Shown: positions 26,791-39,888, counted from the stretch's first letter. The stretch is 64,000 nt of DNA from Camelus ferus (GCF_009834535.1 NC_045705.1:66402001-66466000), one strand, 5' to 3'. Program-made: numbers and translations. Notes: generated by a model from the letters alone, not told the origin.

Positions 26791-29700
26791 AGAGATTCAG
26801 GTAGAAGTCCTCATTTATAGTCAGCCCCCGTCATGATGGATGGTCTGCAATAGTGCAGCCCAGGAGGATGGGACAGCTTGGGCCACCACTGGTAGGGATC
26901 CTGTGTGACCTTTCCCTGCTACCACACAGCCTGTTTTCTCTGTTGGGGCCTGGGGCCAATGTGTCTCCCTGGCTGGAGTGGAGACAGCTCAGGATGCCAT
27001 GTTTGGCTCATACTGGGGGTTAGGAGACTGGGGTTCCCTGCTGTGACCATGGCCCTTATAGGGAGAGCTCACCTCAGGAGGGGTGTGAAAACAGAAGCCC
27101 ACTTCCCCAGAAGGAACATTGTCTTCCATCTATGGGATAAGCCAGATGGTGGTTTTGGATGCAGTGTGTGGGCCCGTGGGGGTGGGGGTGAGGGCAGCTC
27201 GCAGAGGGGCTGGCCTGTGGAGGGCCCAGTGGAACAGCCGGGATGGAGGGGCTGAGTGTGATGGGGGGTGCCCCCCGGACAGGCGTCCTAGAGAGCCTTG
27301 GCACGACTGGCTGCTGAGCCAGCACATTGTTTTGTGTACAAATCACCTCCTTCCTCCTTTTTCTTTTGTCCCCATCCCCCACCTTTCTAAATTCTTCCCA
27401 AACCACCCCAGCCTTCAGGCTTCAGGAGGAAGGGCCAACGGGTGGGCGGGAGGCGCCTGGCCTTGGGTGGGAGCCACAGGAGAGGAGGTGGGAGAGGTCC
27501 CAGGGCAGGATTGGGGAGGGAGGGGAATCTGGGAGGGAGGGGGTTGACTGTCCCCTCCCCTGCCCCACGTGCTGGTGCCGCACCCTGTGTGCTTCTGGAT
27601 GGGAGAGCCCCACAGGAAGGCGGGCGGTGAGGGATGGACAGGGTAGGAGAGACAGGCTTGGGGAAGGTGGGGCCCAGGAAGAAAGGGAGCAGTCCAGGCC
27701 TGGCCCCTGGGGGTAAAGCAGTCTGACAGCTGGAGGGACTGTGAGAGAGACTGTGTGTTCGTGGGGGTGCCTCAGTGTCTGTGCGTGACCATGTGCACAC
27801 CTGTGTGCGTTTGCACAAGCCTGGCATTGCTGTGGGTGTGCACAGCTGGGTGACATGTGTCCCCAAGGGCCTGCACCTGTACCCACAGCTGTGAGGGGAG
27901 AAGCACGTGGCTGCCCTGGATTGCCCAACCTGGGCCCAGCTGGAGCCCCAGTCCTTCCCCTGGCAGATGCCTGACCTGAACATATGGCCACATCTGCCCA
28001 CGAGGCCAGGAATCCTGAAGCCCCCAGCAGAGCTAGAAGGGCCCAGCCCTTCCCCTCGGGGTTCACTCGGCCCAGAGAGGGACATGGCTTGTCCCAGGTC
28101 ACACAGGTGGAGGCAGAGCAGAGACTGTACCCGAGCCTGGGGATCCCAGGCCTGGACAGGTGCCCTCCCGGCCCCACTGTTCCTGTCCTCCATCTGCTGC
28201 CCTTTGGCTGTGAGTCTCCGTGGAGAGGCCATGATGCTGGCCCTGGCTTGGCCTGGCTGTGTGCTCCAGGGACATCCTGGCTGGCTCTTCTCAGGACAGG
28301 GTTTCCGCACTGTGTGAGGGGTACCCATGGGAGGGGACTCTGACCCCTGTGGTGTCTGACAAAGGCCTGCCACCTAGGGTGACCCACTCTTCCGGGTTTG
28401 CTGAGGACTTTCATGGTTTCAGCCCTACCAGTCCCATGTCCTTGGGACCCCCTTAGCCCTGGGAAAACAAGGATGGTTGGTCACCCTGTCGCCAGGGATG
28501 CTTCTTTTCCACCACATCCTTTCCACTGCTACCCCAGTCTCAGTGCCCGCTGGAAATTTCCCCTTCTCTTCTGGCCCAGTGTCTTCTTCTTCCAGCCCGC
28601 TCACAGCCTCCAATCCCCAGGGACCTCTGGGTCTCACTGTCCTTCCCTCTGACTGCAGGGTCTCTTCCTCCTTGCTCCTCTCTTTTCCCTCTCTGTCTGG
28701 GTCTCTAGCTCCCCTGTCTGTCTCTGGGGTTCCTCTGTCTCTTCTTCTGTCACCAGGATTGTTGCCTTGTTGGTTTCAGGGGTCTGTCTCCATTCTCTGC
28801 CTCTTCTGTGTCTCCCCTCTCTGTTTCTGAAGTCTTGCCCCCTCTGTCTCCCTGTCTCTGTCCCTGGGTCCCTGGGTGGTCTAGGCCTCCCTCCTCTCCC
28901 CCGGCTCGCACCCTTAGGGCTGGCTGGGGTGGGAGCCAGGTCTGGGGGCTGTGACCGGGCCGGGAAGGGGAACCCAAGTAGACATGATATTTATGTTGGG
29001 ACTTCAAAGTGGAGCAGAGCCCGAGGCAGGGGGGCTGGTGAGGGCTGTCGAGGGGTGGGAGGGGTGGGAGGGTGGTGAGCAAAAGCCAGATTGAGGTCAG
29101 CTTGGGCCCCTCCCCAGTGAGGGTCTCCTTGGTGACACACCCCTCCCCCGTGGGATACTGAGACCCAGAGTAGGAACAGAATGGGCTATTTTGGTACACA
29201 GTTCCAAGAAAGGCACTTCCTGCACCCCTGTCCTGCCCCCAACCCCATCCTTTCTTCCTGTCGTCCTGCAGGAGCAGCTGGGTCCTCTGAGCATCAGCTT
29301 GGCCTGGGAGGCAGAGGGCTCCAGGGGGAGCAGGAGCAGAGGGCTCCATCTCAGCGAGAAAACATCCCTGGCGCTGGGACAGGCGCGTTCTCAGTTCTCT
29401 GGCAGAGGCCTTGCCTGGCAGGGCAGCGAGGGTCTGTAACCCTATCGGCCCCAACTGGGCCAGGCTGGTCCAGCCCCTCAGAGCTTCTGGGGGCCATTCG
29501 GGCTGCCTGCCCAAGGGCCTAAGGGGCCATGATGCCGTGAAGGTCACCCCACCCCTGCCCCCCACCCTTGGCCTAACCCCTGCTAAAGACACCCAGCTGT
29601 TGGGGCCGGGAAGGCCTGGGGTCAGGGGCCCAGGCCCTGGGCCTGGTGGGCGGGAGGGGCCTATTGTCTCATCCTGAGGCTCAGTTCTGTGTCCTAAGCC

Positions 29701-32700
29701 CCTCCCAGGAGCCAGAACCAGCAGATACCCCTTCAGGCTGGGCCACCCCCTCAGGAAGCCCCCTCCCAGATGAGAGGCTTACTCTGGACCCAAGGCCCTC
29801 TGGTCTGAAGCCCACCCGTGCCTCCAAAGCCCCTGCCCCTGGACCAGTCCTTTCACCCCCCCCTTCCCCAGGCACTTCCCGTGAATCACTCAGGCTGGAA
29901 TCTGATGAGCTCAGGCCTCCCCACCCAGTGCTGCCGGCCTCGGCCTCCTGCCTGGCCTGTGGGGTCGCCTCCCCCCCGCCCCCGACAACGAGGGTCTTCT
30001 CAGCAACTCACAGCCCCCACCAGGGTCCACCATGGGGTGGGGTGTCAGAGTGGTAGCAGGGATAGGCTAGGGCTGGGGCTGGGATTCGTCAGAAGGGTTT
30101 GGACCTCTTCTGCATGATCAAAAATACAAAAAGGCTGTATGTCTTTGTGGGTGCAGGAGTGTGTCTGTGCTTCCATGTCTGTGCAGCGTGGAGAGGAGGA
30201 AGCCTGACCAAGTCGGGGGCTGGGGGTGTCCGCGGAAGTCTGGTATGGGCAGGTAGCAGTGTGCACGGAGTCCTCATGTAGCAGGTCACTGCACATCTCT
30301 GGGTGGGCCTGTCCCCATGTGTGTGTCAGGGAGTTACATTCTGAACTCCAGGGGGAGGGTGTTGAGGGAGTATCTCAGGGTTTGCAGATCTAGAGATGTC
30401 TGTGTCAGGGTGTGGCTCGGAGGCGAAGAGGCCCATGTATGTCACCATGTCCCATTTCTGCAGGGCATGAATGGTTAATAGTGTCAGGGTGTTTCTCACA
30501 CTCTGGGTGTTCCTGTTAAGTGTGGTGGTGGCCAGGTGTTACTGTGCCTGACCGTGGCACACCGGGCATCACATACCCTGTGTGTAAATGAGTCAGGATG
30601 TTTGTGTATTAAGCTGTGGGCATGAACGTGGTCACAAGGCCGTGGCAGGATGTTAAACGCTTTGTGCTGAAGGTGAATCAGGATGCTGTTGTGGGTCTCA
30701 GTGACGGCCTTCCTCCTCACCGCTCGCAAGGTCTCCTCTCAGGCCACCCTACAGGCCTGGCTCCTAAGCCTGCCTGGCCAGAGGGCCCCGGAGTGGGAAG
30801 CGGCCCTTTCCTCATTCCCTTTCCAACTTCCATTAGCAGGACAGTCCTGGGTCCCTAGGTGGCCTCAGGGGAGAAGAAAACCTGGCAAGTGACTGGGAAC
30901 AGGCACACTCGCCCCCTGGTGGCACTGATGGAGAATACACAGCACCACTTCCCAAGAACTCGGATGAATGGTTTAGGCTGCCTTCCTGAGTCAGTCATTC
31001 CACATACACTTCCTAAGTGTCAGTTCTGGGCCAGGCATTGTTCTAGACCCCCAAGACTTATCAGGGAACAAGGATGACTTGGTTCTGGCCTTCTAGTGAA
31101 GAAGACAGACAATAAACAAACACACACAGAACTACTGTGAGGTGATTAAGTACATTCTCAAGTGAGGAAATGACTTGTCTGCTCCTGCAAAGACCCAAAT
31201 GTCAGGGCTTCAGCCCTGCCCTGGAGCAGTGGACGCTGGGTAAGACATGGCACCTCTAAGAGCCTTGACTTCCTCTTCCAGAAGGCCAGAGGTGGGAGGC
31301 AAGGATTGGTGGGAGTGGGAGGCAGTACACAAGCCAAGCACACAGTAGACCGTTATTGCCCAGATCCCACCTGTCACCCTCTGGCTGGTACTTGGTCTAT
31401 ACGGACACAACAGATTATTGCTGAGTGAATGAGTAAACAGGTCCTTCTGTTTTGGAGGACTGAAGTATCCAAAGCTCTGTGGAATCTGGTCTGGGTGCTT
31501 TGCCTCATAACAAGCCTGTTTCCTCATCTGTAAAATGGGGATAACGAGATCAGTCCTAGACTGGCCTATCATTGCCTGCTCTACCGGGAGCCCCAGTCTC
31601 CATCTCACGACCTTTGGTTGTGCTGATTTACCTGGCCAGGACCCCTCACCCATCAGAATCTCTTCAGGAGATAAACCAGAAGATTAAGGCAGCAGGCAGG
31701 CCTGGCAGTGCTCTGATGAGCCAGCACTGGGGACATGACGAATTCCCAGAGCCAGGAATGAGGGCTGAGCACTGGAAATGGGTGGGAGGGGCTTGCCAAG
31801 GCCCCCTAGCAGGAACCCAGATAAGCCTGGGCCAGTCCTAGTTCTCATGAGACCAGCTCCATATCCGGCCCTGGGGTTCTCTGAACACCCTCTGCAACCC
31901 TTCCAGGTCTTTCCTCTGAGACTGAACTTGAGACATCCTGTGTTTGATTCCCAGAACTCAGCCCTCCCTTAACCTCCCAGCTTCCCACCTCACTGCCTTT
32001 TACTCTTAGTTATCAGACTCCAATCAGTAGAAAACATTTATTGAGCGCCTGTGGTGTGCTCAGCACTGTACAAGGCACTGGGGTGGGCGTGGGCTCTGGG
32101 AGGACATACAAAGAATGAAGGGGAGACTCCCCACCAGGGAGAAGCTTGAGTGGTAGATATGGGGGAGGAAGAGCTGCTGGTGGCCTAGTGAGGAATTTGG
32201 GAGCCCTGCACCTGGGCAGTATCTGGAGTGTCTGGAACCCCAACGTCCAGGATATCCAGTTGTCATGGCTCACATGTGGCTGGTGTTCCTCTGCACACAG
32301 CCCCTGAGGGGGCACCTCAGAGGCTGGATGGGGTCCGGTCCTCCTTCCACCAGGGGATGGTTCCTTCCCAGGGAGTGGCCCCCTGAGCTGGCTTCATCCA
32401 GACCCCTGCCTCCCACAGAGCCGAAGGCCGGCAGCCTTGGCCCCCCCCCTGCACTGTCCCCAGGTGCCTGGCGGCTGCAAGAGGCCAAAGCCAGTGACCA
32501 TCTAACGTCCTGGAGCTGCCTTTGCCCATCAGGTGCTTCCTGGGCCACATGCACCCCCTTGTGGTGGTTTTCAGTATTTTCTTTGCTCCTTGGCATGCGG
32601 CCTATTCTTGGCCTCCCTTTGGGGTCTGTGGGCCTTGAGGGTTAATTTATCCGTGGCTTAGAACAAAGAGTTGGAGCCTGACTCCTGGTTTGGGTGTGGG

Positions 32701-33461
32701 AACACCTAATGGCCTGCTGTGTGGTATCTTAGAGTCAGTTTCCCAAACCTCAGTGGGTAATAAGCCAGGCCCTGCCTCCTGTGAAGCTTTTGCGAGGTCC
32801 AAAAGATTTAAGTGCAGAGAAAATTGTTTCCAAGTCCTCACTCCATTTCAGAAGTCTGTCTCCTCTACCCAGTTACCCTGGGACACCAGAGTGCTTGGGA
32901 GGGCCTCCCATCTTGGGGAAAGACTGGAACTCAGGTGCTCTCTTGGCTGGACCCGACCTCCAGGATGTCCCCTGGGCTGCCTAGAGAACCTCTCCCTTCG
33001 GTGAGTGCAGACCCTGGTGGGGGGGGGGGGGTTGCTAACATCCAACCTCCTTCCCCCCCTTTCCCCTAGTCTGAGCTCTGCTTAGCAGCAAAATTGTCCA
33101 TCTTGGACCCCTGGAAGGTTTCCTGGGCGAAGGCAGGGCAGCACAAGCACCCCACTCTACAGGGGAGGACACTGAGGTTTGGAGGTGCTCAGCCTCCAGG
33201 TGGTCTGGGGCAGTACTAGGCCCTGAGCCCATGCTGCTTCCCTGAATCCTCCTGATACCCAAGAGTGGGGGTGCCTTTTAGAGCCTGGAAGGGCTGCCTA
33301 GGCTGTGCCTCTCCCCTGCTGCCAGAGTCTGGGTCCCCGTTGGATTTGTCCCCTGTTTGGCACACTCACCACTGCAGGCTGGCTGGCCTCCAGCTTGGGG
33401 AGAAGGCCGAGAGGCAAAAGGCCTTGGGCCCTTGGTCTGGGGTCCCCTGTATCCCCTCAGC

Positions 33462-33467
33462 TTTATT
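33462..33467 (-). terminator. Polyadenylation signal of RIN1
   Basis: AATAAA on the - strand, about 210 nt after the stop. Confidence 0.65.
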
Positions 33468-33676
33468 CCAGTGCCCTAGATGTGGCCAGTCCAGTCACTT
33501 CCCAGCAGGTGGGATCACAGAGCTGGACAGTCAGAGGTGGTGGCAGACACAGGAGTGGCCTGGGTAGGGAAGGCTAAGGGGGCGGTGGCCTTGGCTGGTG
33601 GGGCTGATGGCTCTGGAAGGCCTTCCCAGCAGGCTCAGAGTTTTCTGCCCCAAATGGCCCTTCTGTTCACTCCCGG

Positions 33677-36600
33677 CTACTTCTCTGTTGCCCGGCTTCC
33701 CTCAGCCTCTGGCCCTCTTGGTGGAGCAGGGCCTCCCCTGGCCTGGCCCTCATGCCCCTCTGCAATTGTCTCAGACTCTCCCCTGCTGTCCCAGGGACGA
33801 GCTTTGACCTCAATGTTCCCATCTCCCTGGCCCCCTTTCTCTTCCTCCCTGCCCCCTGCCTCTGGCCCCTCACTGCCCTCCTCTGTTGCAGCCCCAGGTG
33901 AGGTGTCCTGGGTCTCAGGCCGCTCTGCCCGGCGGTAGACGAGGTAGCCGGTTGTGGGGAGCCTGTGGGCCAGGACTCCGGGGGGCAGGCGGTGGTAGTC
34001 CTGTTCCTTGTACAGGAAGAGGCCAAAAGCGTCAGGCTGGGTTACTCGGAACTTGGTGGCACAGAGCTTGTTCAGCATGGCAATCGAGGCCCCTGGGGGC
34101 ACGGCCAGGGTCTTGGAGGTACAGCCACTGCTGGGGTCCTGGTAGGCTACTCGGAGGAGGTGCTGTGCAGGAGGAGAAGCAAAAACAAGAACTCAGTCCT
34201 GCCGGGTGCAAATCTGGCTGCAAAGCTTGAGGTTCTGGTGTACGCTCTGCAGGAACAAGGGTGGGATGGTACAGACCCACTGGTAGAACCAGTGGTGAAA
34301 GCTTTGTGGATAAGGTGAGCTCCAAGGGGGTGCTCTGAGGACGGGAGGGCTGTGCTTGGGCTGGAAGGATGGCCCCCGCGCACCGTTACAGCATAACAAT
34401 CACACTCAGCGCTTACCCGGTGCCTTAAGCGCTTGTCCTGAATGTTACCCCCAGAAGTTGGGTACTATCACCCCATTTTATAGATGAGAAAACCGAGGCA
34501 CAGAGAGGTTACATAACTTGCCCCAAGCTCCCATAGCCAGAAAAGAGCAGAGTTAGGATTTGGACCTAAGATCTGGCTACAAAATCTGGACTCTTAACCC
34601 AAAGCTAGGGAGGGTCCTTTGACTGGACGGAGGGAGGGTGAAGGGCAGAGATGCTTTCTGGCTCTGTGGACACCAGGCCTGAGCCCCGATGGGAGGGCAA
34701 GGGGGGCGTAAGCTGGAAGCCAGGATCTGGGGCCTGAGCCTGCCTATGTCCCTTTCCCTCTCTATGTTGTGTCTCAGTTTCCTCATCTGTAAAGTGGGGA
34801 TAATAATGATCCTACTTCAGAGTTTCTGCGAAGATCCAGGCCTGAGCCCCTGGAGCACTGCGCCCACGCTGGCTCCTGGAATGCACCCTCTAGAAGGGCT
34901 GGCTTGGATATGTGTTCAGCACAGGGAGCTGATTCTGTTGCAGGGTGACACAGGACTAGCCCTTCCCCTGCTGGGCCTCACTGGGCAGAGGAGGGGAATA
35001 CACCAGACGATGCCAGACTCTCCCCAGGCCTGGACAGTGTGGAGTGGGTTCCTGTTACCTGGCAGCTGTGGGTAGCGGGCAGGCGGCGCTGCTCCCAGAG
35101 ACTGACGGAGCGCTGCAGCTCCTGGGAGGGGCTCAGAGGGAGGGTGTGAGCCTCGTTCAGGCCGCTCAGCAGGGCCAAACTGGCTGAGAGGCTGGTCAGG
35201 TAGTAGCCGCCTGGGACACAAGGGGATGAATGCAGCTCTGGGTGTGAGTGGCCTGCTCTTCCCTCTCCCCTGCTTAGTCAGGGCCACGCAGCCACTAAAG
35301 CACCCCAGCCTCACCCAGACAGGAGGGAAGTGTGGGGTCCCTCACCCTCTCCAGTGAGCAGGGCAGGCTCCAGCAGCTCTGACATATACTCGGCCTCCAG
35401 CAGCAGCTCAGGAAGGTCACACTGGGCCAGGACGAGGCTCAGCAGTGGGAGGAACTCATCAGCCCCCGCACCCTCCCCTGTGGGGCAGTGGAGGAGGGAG
35501 CTTCAGGCTCCTCCGGGGGCCCCAAGCTCAGAATCCACTATGTGTCTTAGAAATTGACCCTCCCCTCTGCCCGCCAGGACTTGGGCAATGTGGTCTCTAT
35601 GGCAACTAGGGGCAGGGCCTAGGCAGTAGACGCTCTACTTTCTGGGCCACAGTTTTACCATCTGTGAAACGGGAGGATTGGACCCTTTGTTTTTTTTCTC
35701 CTCCCTGTTGTGCTGTTCCTGGAGCTTCTGCTTGGTAGTCAGCCTCTGACCTGGCAGGGGGCCAGCGGGAGGTGGAGGGAGGGGCATACCCGCCTGGGTC
35801 CTCAGGGCTGTGTAGAGCAGCTTGCAGGCCTGCAGGAGCCGCTTGACCTGGGCGCTGGGTGAGTAGGCGCGAAGCAGCTGTAGCAGCTTCTGGCGCACCT
35901 GTTCCATCTCTACTGGGGAGGGCAGGCTTAAGTGGGACCCGAAGACTCCAGGACCTTGGGCTCGGGCCAGGCGGAGGCCCTCAGCCAGGCGGCCCAGGGA
36001 GCCATTGGCGGAAAGCCGGCGCCGTAGGCGGGCCACCAGGATGGGCCGGAGAGGCTTGAGCACAGAGCGATGCAGGGACTTCTCCAGGATGCGTTCTGTG
36101 GGGGAGAGGCAGGCAGGGGTCAGGGAACCAGGGCGGGGGTGGGGGGCTAGTTCTTGGGAAGGAGCGGCATGACCAGGGAGGGAGAAGGATGGAAAAGAGG
36201 AAGAATCTTGGTGACATGGGAGAGTTGGGGGAGACGGGCAGTGGATGGAATTGATGTGAATGGTGGTGAGACAAGGTGGGTTTGTAAAGCGGTGAAACAG
36301 ACTCAGAGAGACAGGCTGGCACTGTGGAGAGGTGGAGAGTGGAATGCGGAAGAGCTGGAATTATGGAGACAGGCTGCACCAGCGGAGCTCTGAGCTAGAG
36401 CCTTACCCAGCCGTTCATGGGGCAGCAGCTTCTCAGGGCTCAGCTCCGCACTCAGCATGGCCCGGGCCCGGCTCAGTGCCTCACGGACACCCTGCAGCTC
36501 CCGGGGCTCTGGGCTGGCCCGCACCTGGGTCAGTAGGTCCTGCACCAGCTGGCCCACGGCCGTGTGCCGGTCCTGCATCAGCGCTGAGGCCACACGGCCC

Positions 36601-38326
36601 ACCTGCCGTTCAGGTGCCAGCAGGGAGCAGAAGGCAGCGCTCATGGACCGAAGTAGGGGCCGCCGGCGGCCCAGGCAGGGTGAGGTTTCTGGGCTCCCCT
36701 GGGACCCTGGTACCCCCTCCTCCTCTGAGCTGCTGGGGGAGCCGCAATCCACCTCCTGGAGGGAAGGCAGTGGCGGGAGGCTGGGGCCGGTGCCCCCAGG
36801 CACACGGTACCCCACTGAGCTCTCCCTCCTCAACAGCTGGCGAGGGGGCAAACTTTCTGTCTGGTTGGGGGCTGTCCCTGGCAGCACTGGGACTGGGGGA
36901 GGTGGCACAGCTGGGGGGGACAGGGGACTGGAGGACTCTGTGGACACGCGCACTTTGAAGCTCCTCTTGAACTTCTCCCGCTTGGTGGGACCCAGGTCCC
37001 CTGGGAACAGGGGGTTGAAGAAGCACAAGGCAGCTCCGGTGCCCTGGTCCAGCTCTTGCGGGGACCGGGGCTTCAGTCGGGGCAGCAGTGGACCTTCAGA
37101 TGGGCCTAGCTGAGCCTTAGTGTTGAGGGAAGAGCTCCAGAACTCTAGGGAAGAGAAGCCGTTTGGGGCCTCGGGGTTCAGGAAGGGTGCCCGATGGAGG
37201 GAAAGGTACAGGCTTCAGGCTGTGCGCTTACATGCCTCCCCCTTCCCTCTTGGCCTCAGCTTGTCTATCTGTGCAATGGGTAGCAGGGGCATGCTTACCA
37301 ACGCCCAAATGGGAGATGGCTTCCAACTCCTTGTGGGTGGCTGCCTGACGGATGGCTCTGGGGAGCTGAAGCGGGAGGAGAAGGATGTCCCTGAGGCCAG
37401 AGAGGGAAGCAGTAAGTCAGGGGTGAAGAATGCTTCAGGCTGCGGGCACTGAGAGGGACTGTCAGGTGGGGAGGACAGGGTGTCCCAGGGAGCAAGGCTC
37501 TATGAACAGCAGGTGCCCTGTGGGCAGGCTCACCGGGTGTGGCAGTAGGCACAGATGAGCTGGATGAGGTCCAGGAACACGAGTTCTGAGCCCTCCAAGG
37601 AGACGCCTGAGAGACGGATGGGCAGTGAAGTCGTTCTCTGGGGAACCCACTCTGCGCCCTGCCCGGATGGCTTCCAGCCCCTTCCCGCCAGGCCAGTCCC
37701 TCTCACCCCCAGGGTTCTCCTGGATGCAGTGGCTGGAGACGAAGGAGGGGCCACTGGCCTCTGGCAGCCGCACGCACAGGGCTTGGCACTGGCGAGTGTT
37801 AGATTTCCGCACCAGGAATGTCTGCGAGTGGACAGGGATCAGAGGATCAGGACCTCCGTGTCCAGCCCCTCTCCCTCCCACCCTTAGCCGCCAGGACCCA
37901 GGGGTGGGGAAAGACTCACCCCCGGGGGCTCAGTCCTCAGCACGTGCAGTGCAGCCGCGGCGTTGGCCCTCAGCTGCAGCCAAACGGGCCGGGTGAGCAG
38001 CAGGCGCTCCCGCAGGCTCACGGTGCGCCCGGGCCGCTGGGGCCTAACTGCCAGCCTACCACTGGCATCAGGCACATCATACAGAGGGTCCTGGGCTGGC
38101 CTAGGGGCGGGCACAAGACCTAAGCAGGGGCCCAGAGGCTGGGACCCTGACCTAACCCTCTCCCCCTCCTTTGCCCCAGGAGAGACCCTGCTCTGCCGTC
38201 CCTCCCTGCCCCATCGGGCTACCCTTCCAACTTCACTAACTTTTCTCTCTCTGGGTGTTCAGGCAAGAAGCTGGTTCGGGTGGGGGCTCCGAGAGGGTCT
38301 GCTCCTGGCTCCCCAGGGGTTTCCAT
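33677..38326 (-). CDS. RIN1: Ras and Rab interactor 1 (SH2, proline-rich, VPS9 Rab5-GEF, RA domains), 10 exons, 786 aa
   Basis: Exons: 38326-38241, 38100-37920, 37821-37707, 37606-37534, 37390-37299, 37144-36407, 36095-35790, 35477-35346, 35210-35059, 34162-33677. All introns GT-AG and phases consistent; total 2361 nt. Motifs DPLYDVP, TFLVRKS, RSMSAA, GADEFLPLL. Confidence 0.97.
34400..34820. mobile_element. MIR fragments in RIN1 intron 9
   Basis: cccattttatagatgagaaaaccgaggcacagagaggttacataacttgccc and ctcagtttcctcatctgtaaagtgggga. Confidence 0.65.
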
Positions 38327-38759
38327 GGCTGGGAGCTCCTTCGGTTTCTCCTGGAACTCAGGAGGATAAGCCAGCCCCCAAGGCAAGAGCACTCACATTC
38401 CCAGTGGTGAGTAACACTTCCTGAGGGCGGTTCGCCCTGTCACACCCGACAGTTAACTCTTGTGTGCCCACTCAGCCCGGGCAGCGCCTGCTTCCTCTGT
38501 TCTGCGCCCAGCCTCCAGGGGCAGGGATCCTCTCCCTGCAAGTATCACTCAGCACTCCGAGGGCCCAGCTGTGGGGCTACCACCTTCATGCTGTATGTCC
38601 TGCAGCCTTGCCAGCCCCCTTGAACCATACAGGTGGGCAGGAAGGGGTTAAGCAAGGCCCATCAATGTCCCTACAGGCCCAGACCTTGCCCTTGGGGCAC
38701 CTTTAAGTCTGTGGTCAATTGCTCATCGGGTCAAGGCCCTGTGGTCAGCCTATGGGAGA

Positions 38760-38858
38760 GCGCCCCCTACTGTTTAAAAGTGACTCATTCCTGAGCCTAA
38801 CTTGGGTTTTGGGATTTTAGGTTGCCATGGAGAAAGGATGCTGTGTCTCCATGGAAAC
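38760..38858. promoter_or_regulatory. CTCF-like motif plus two inverted RFX X-boxes upstream of RIN1
   Basis: GCGCCCCCTACTGT 38760-38773 (ACAGTAGGGGGCGC on -); GTTGCCATGGAGA 38821-38833 and TCTCCATGGAAAC 38846-38858. Confidence 0.55.
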
Positions 38859-39356
38859 TAACCCCTCTGCTTAACTGAGGTTCTGGGGGTGGTTCCAACA
38901 CTCAGTGCTAAACAGGGGGGAGTCTGGCTGTGAGGTCGTCAGCACACGGTGCTGCTGATGGCTGCCTCCCACGCGCACCGGCCGTGCCAGCCTGCCTCAC
39001 CAATCTGCCAAGCTACTGGGGCAGGTGCAGACATGACCCAGTCTCCAAGCACCAGGCACCCAGCCCCCTTCCCTGCCCAAGGCCACGTGTTCAGCCTGTG
39101 CCACATGTTGCTTCAGACTCTGCTCAGCAGCACCAGGCAGTCCAGGGCCCAGCACCCAACCTCTGTGGGGGTGGGGGGTGGGAGAACACCCCTTCCCCAG
39201 CCTATACCCCAAGTCAGAGAGGGTAAGCTCCTGCTAGGTAGTGAGAGGAGGTACCAGGGACCCCAGAGGAGACGGCCTATCTCAGGCACTCCCCATGAGA
39301 GCCCAATTCCCTTGCAAGGTAAATCAGACACAAGCAGGTCATGCCCTAGGAAAAGC

Positions 39357-39362
39357 TTTAAT
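39357..39362 (-). terminator. ATTAAA polyadenylation signal of BRMS1
   Basis: TTTAAT on +, about 530 nt after the stop. Confidence 0.6.
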
Positions 39363-39888
39363 TCCATTCTCTGAAACCTGGGAGGCAGGCACCAAGGCCT
39401 CTTGAGAAGACCTGGGGAGCCTGCCTTCTCACCTCCAGCAACAGGCAGGACACACAGGCCCCCCCAAATATAATTTCTGGCTCAGAGTTCCTGCAAAGCG
39501 GAGCCCAGCTCACTGGCTCAGTGACTAGGGAGCCAGGTCCAAGGTCAGCAGAAAGGATGTTGCTTTGGCTTCAGACCAGGCAGGTCTCTGTCAGGGAAGG
39601 CTCCGAGGAGGCTGATGTTTGGGAAGTGGCGGGGAGAGCTGGTTGGGGATAGGGGAGACAGTCTTGCCTGGCTAGGGCAGCTTCAGGCTGAAGCTGTACA
39701 GGCCCCTGAGGAGGGTCAGAGGAAGAGTCCAGACCGGTGATGGCTGGAGAGGAGGGCCCAGCAGCAGCACCAGAGCTAGCTTGGCAGACCTGAAGGGCCT
39801 GGCAGTCTGCTTTTCTGCAGCGGGAAAATTCGTATCCTGGGTTTGATGCCGGCTGCTCCAAGGGGCCCCCTGGCTGTGAACAGCAGAG

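Noticed and set aside
27387-29592. Long ORFs of 280-330 aa between CD248 and RIN1
   Set aside because: Low-complexity Pro/Gly/Ser translations in stop-poor GC-rich DNA, overlapping in several frames, with no recognisable domain or splice pattern.
30323-30489. GTGTCAGGG three times at exact 79-nt spacing (30323, 30402, 30481)
   Set aside because: The intervening sequences do not align, so this is not a tandem repeat. It is probably chance in GT-rich sequence.
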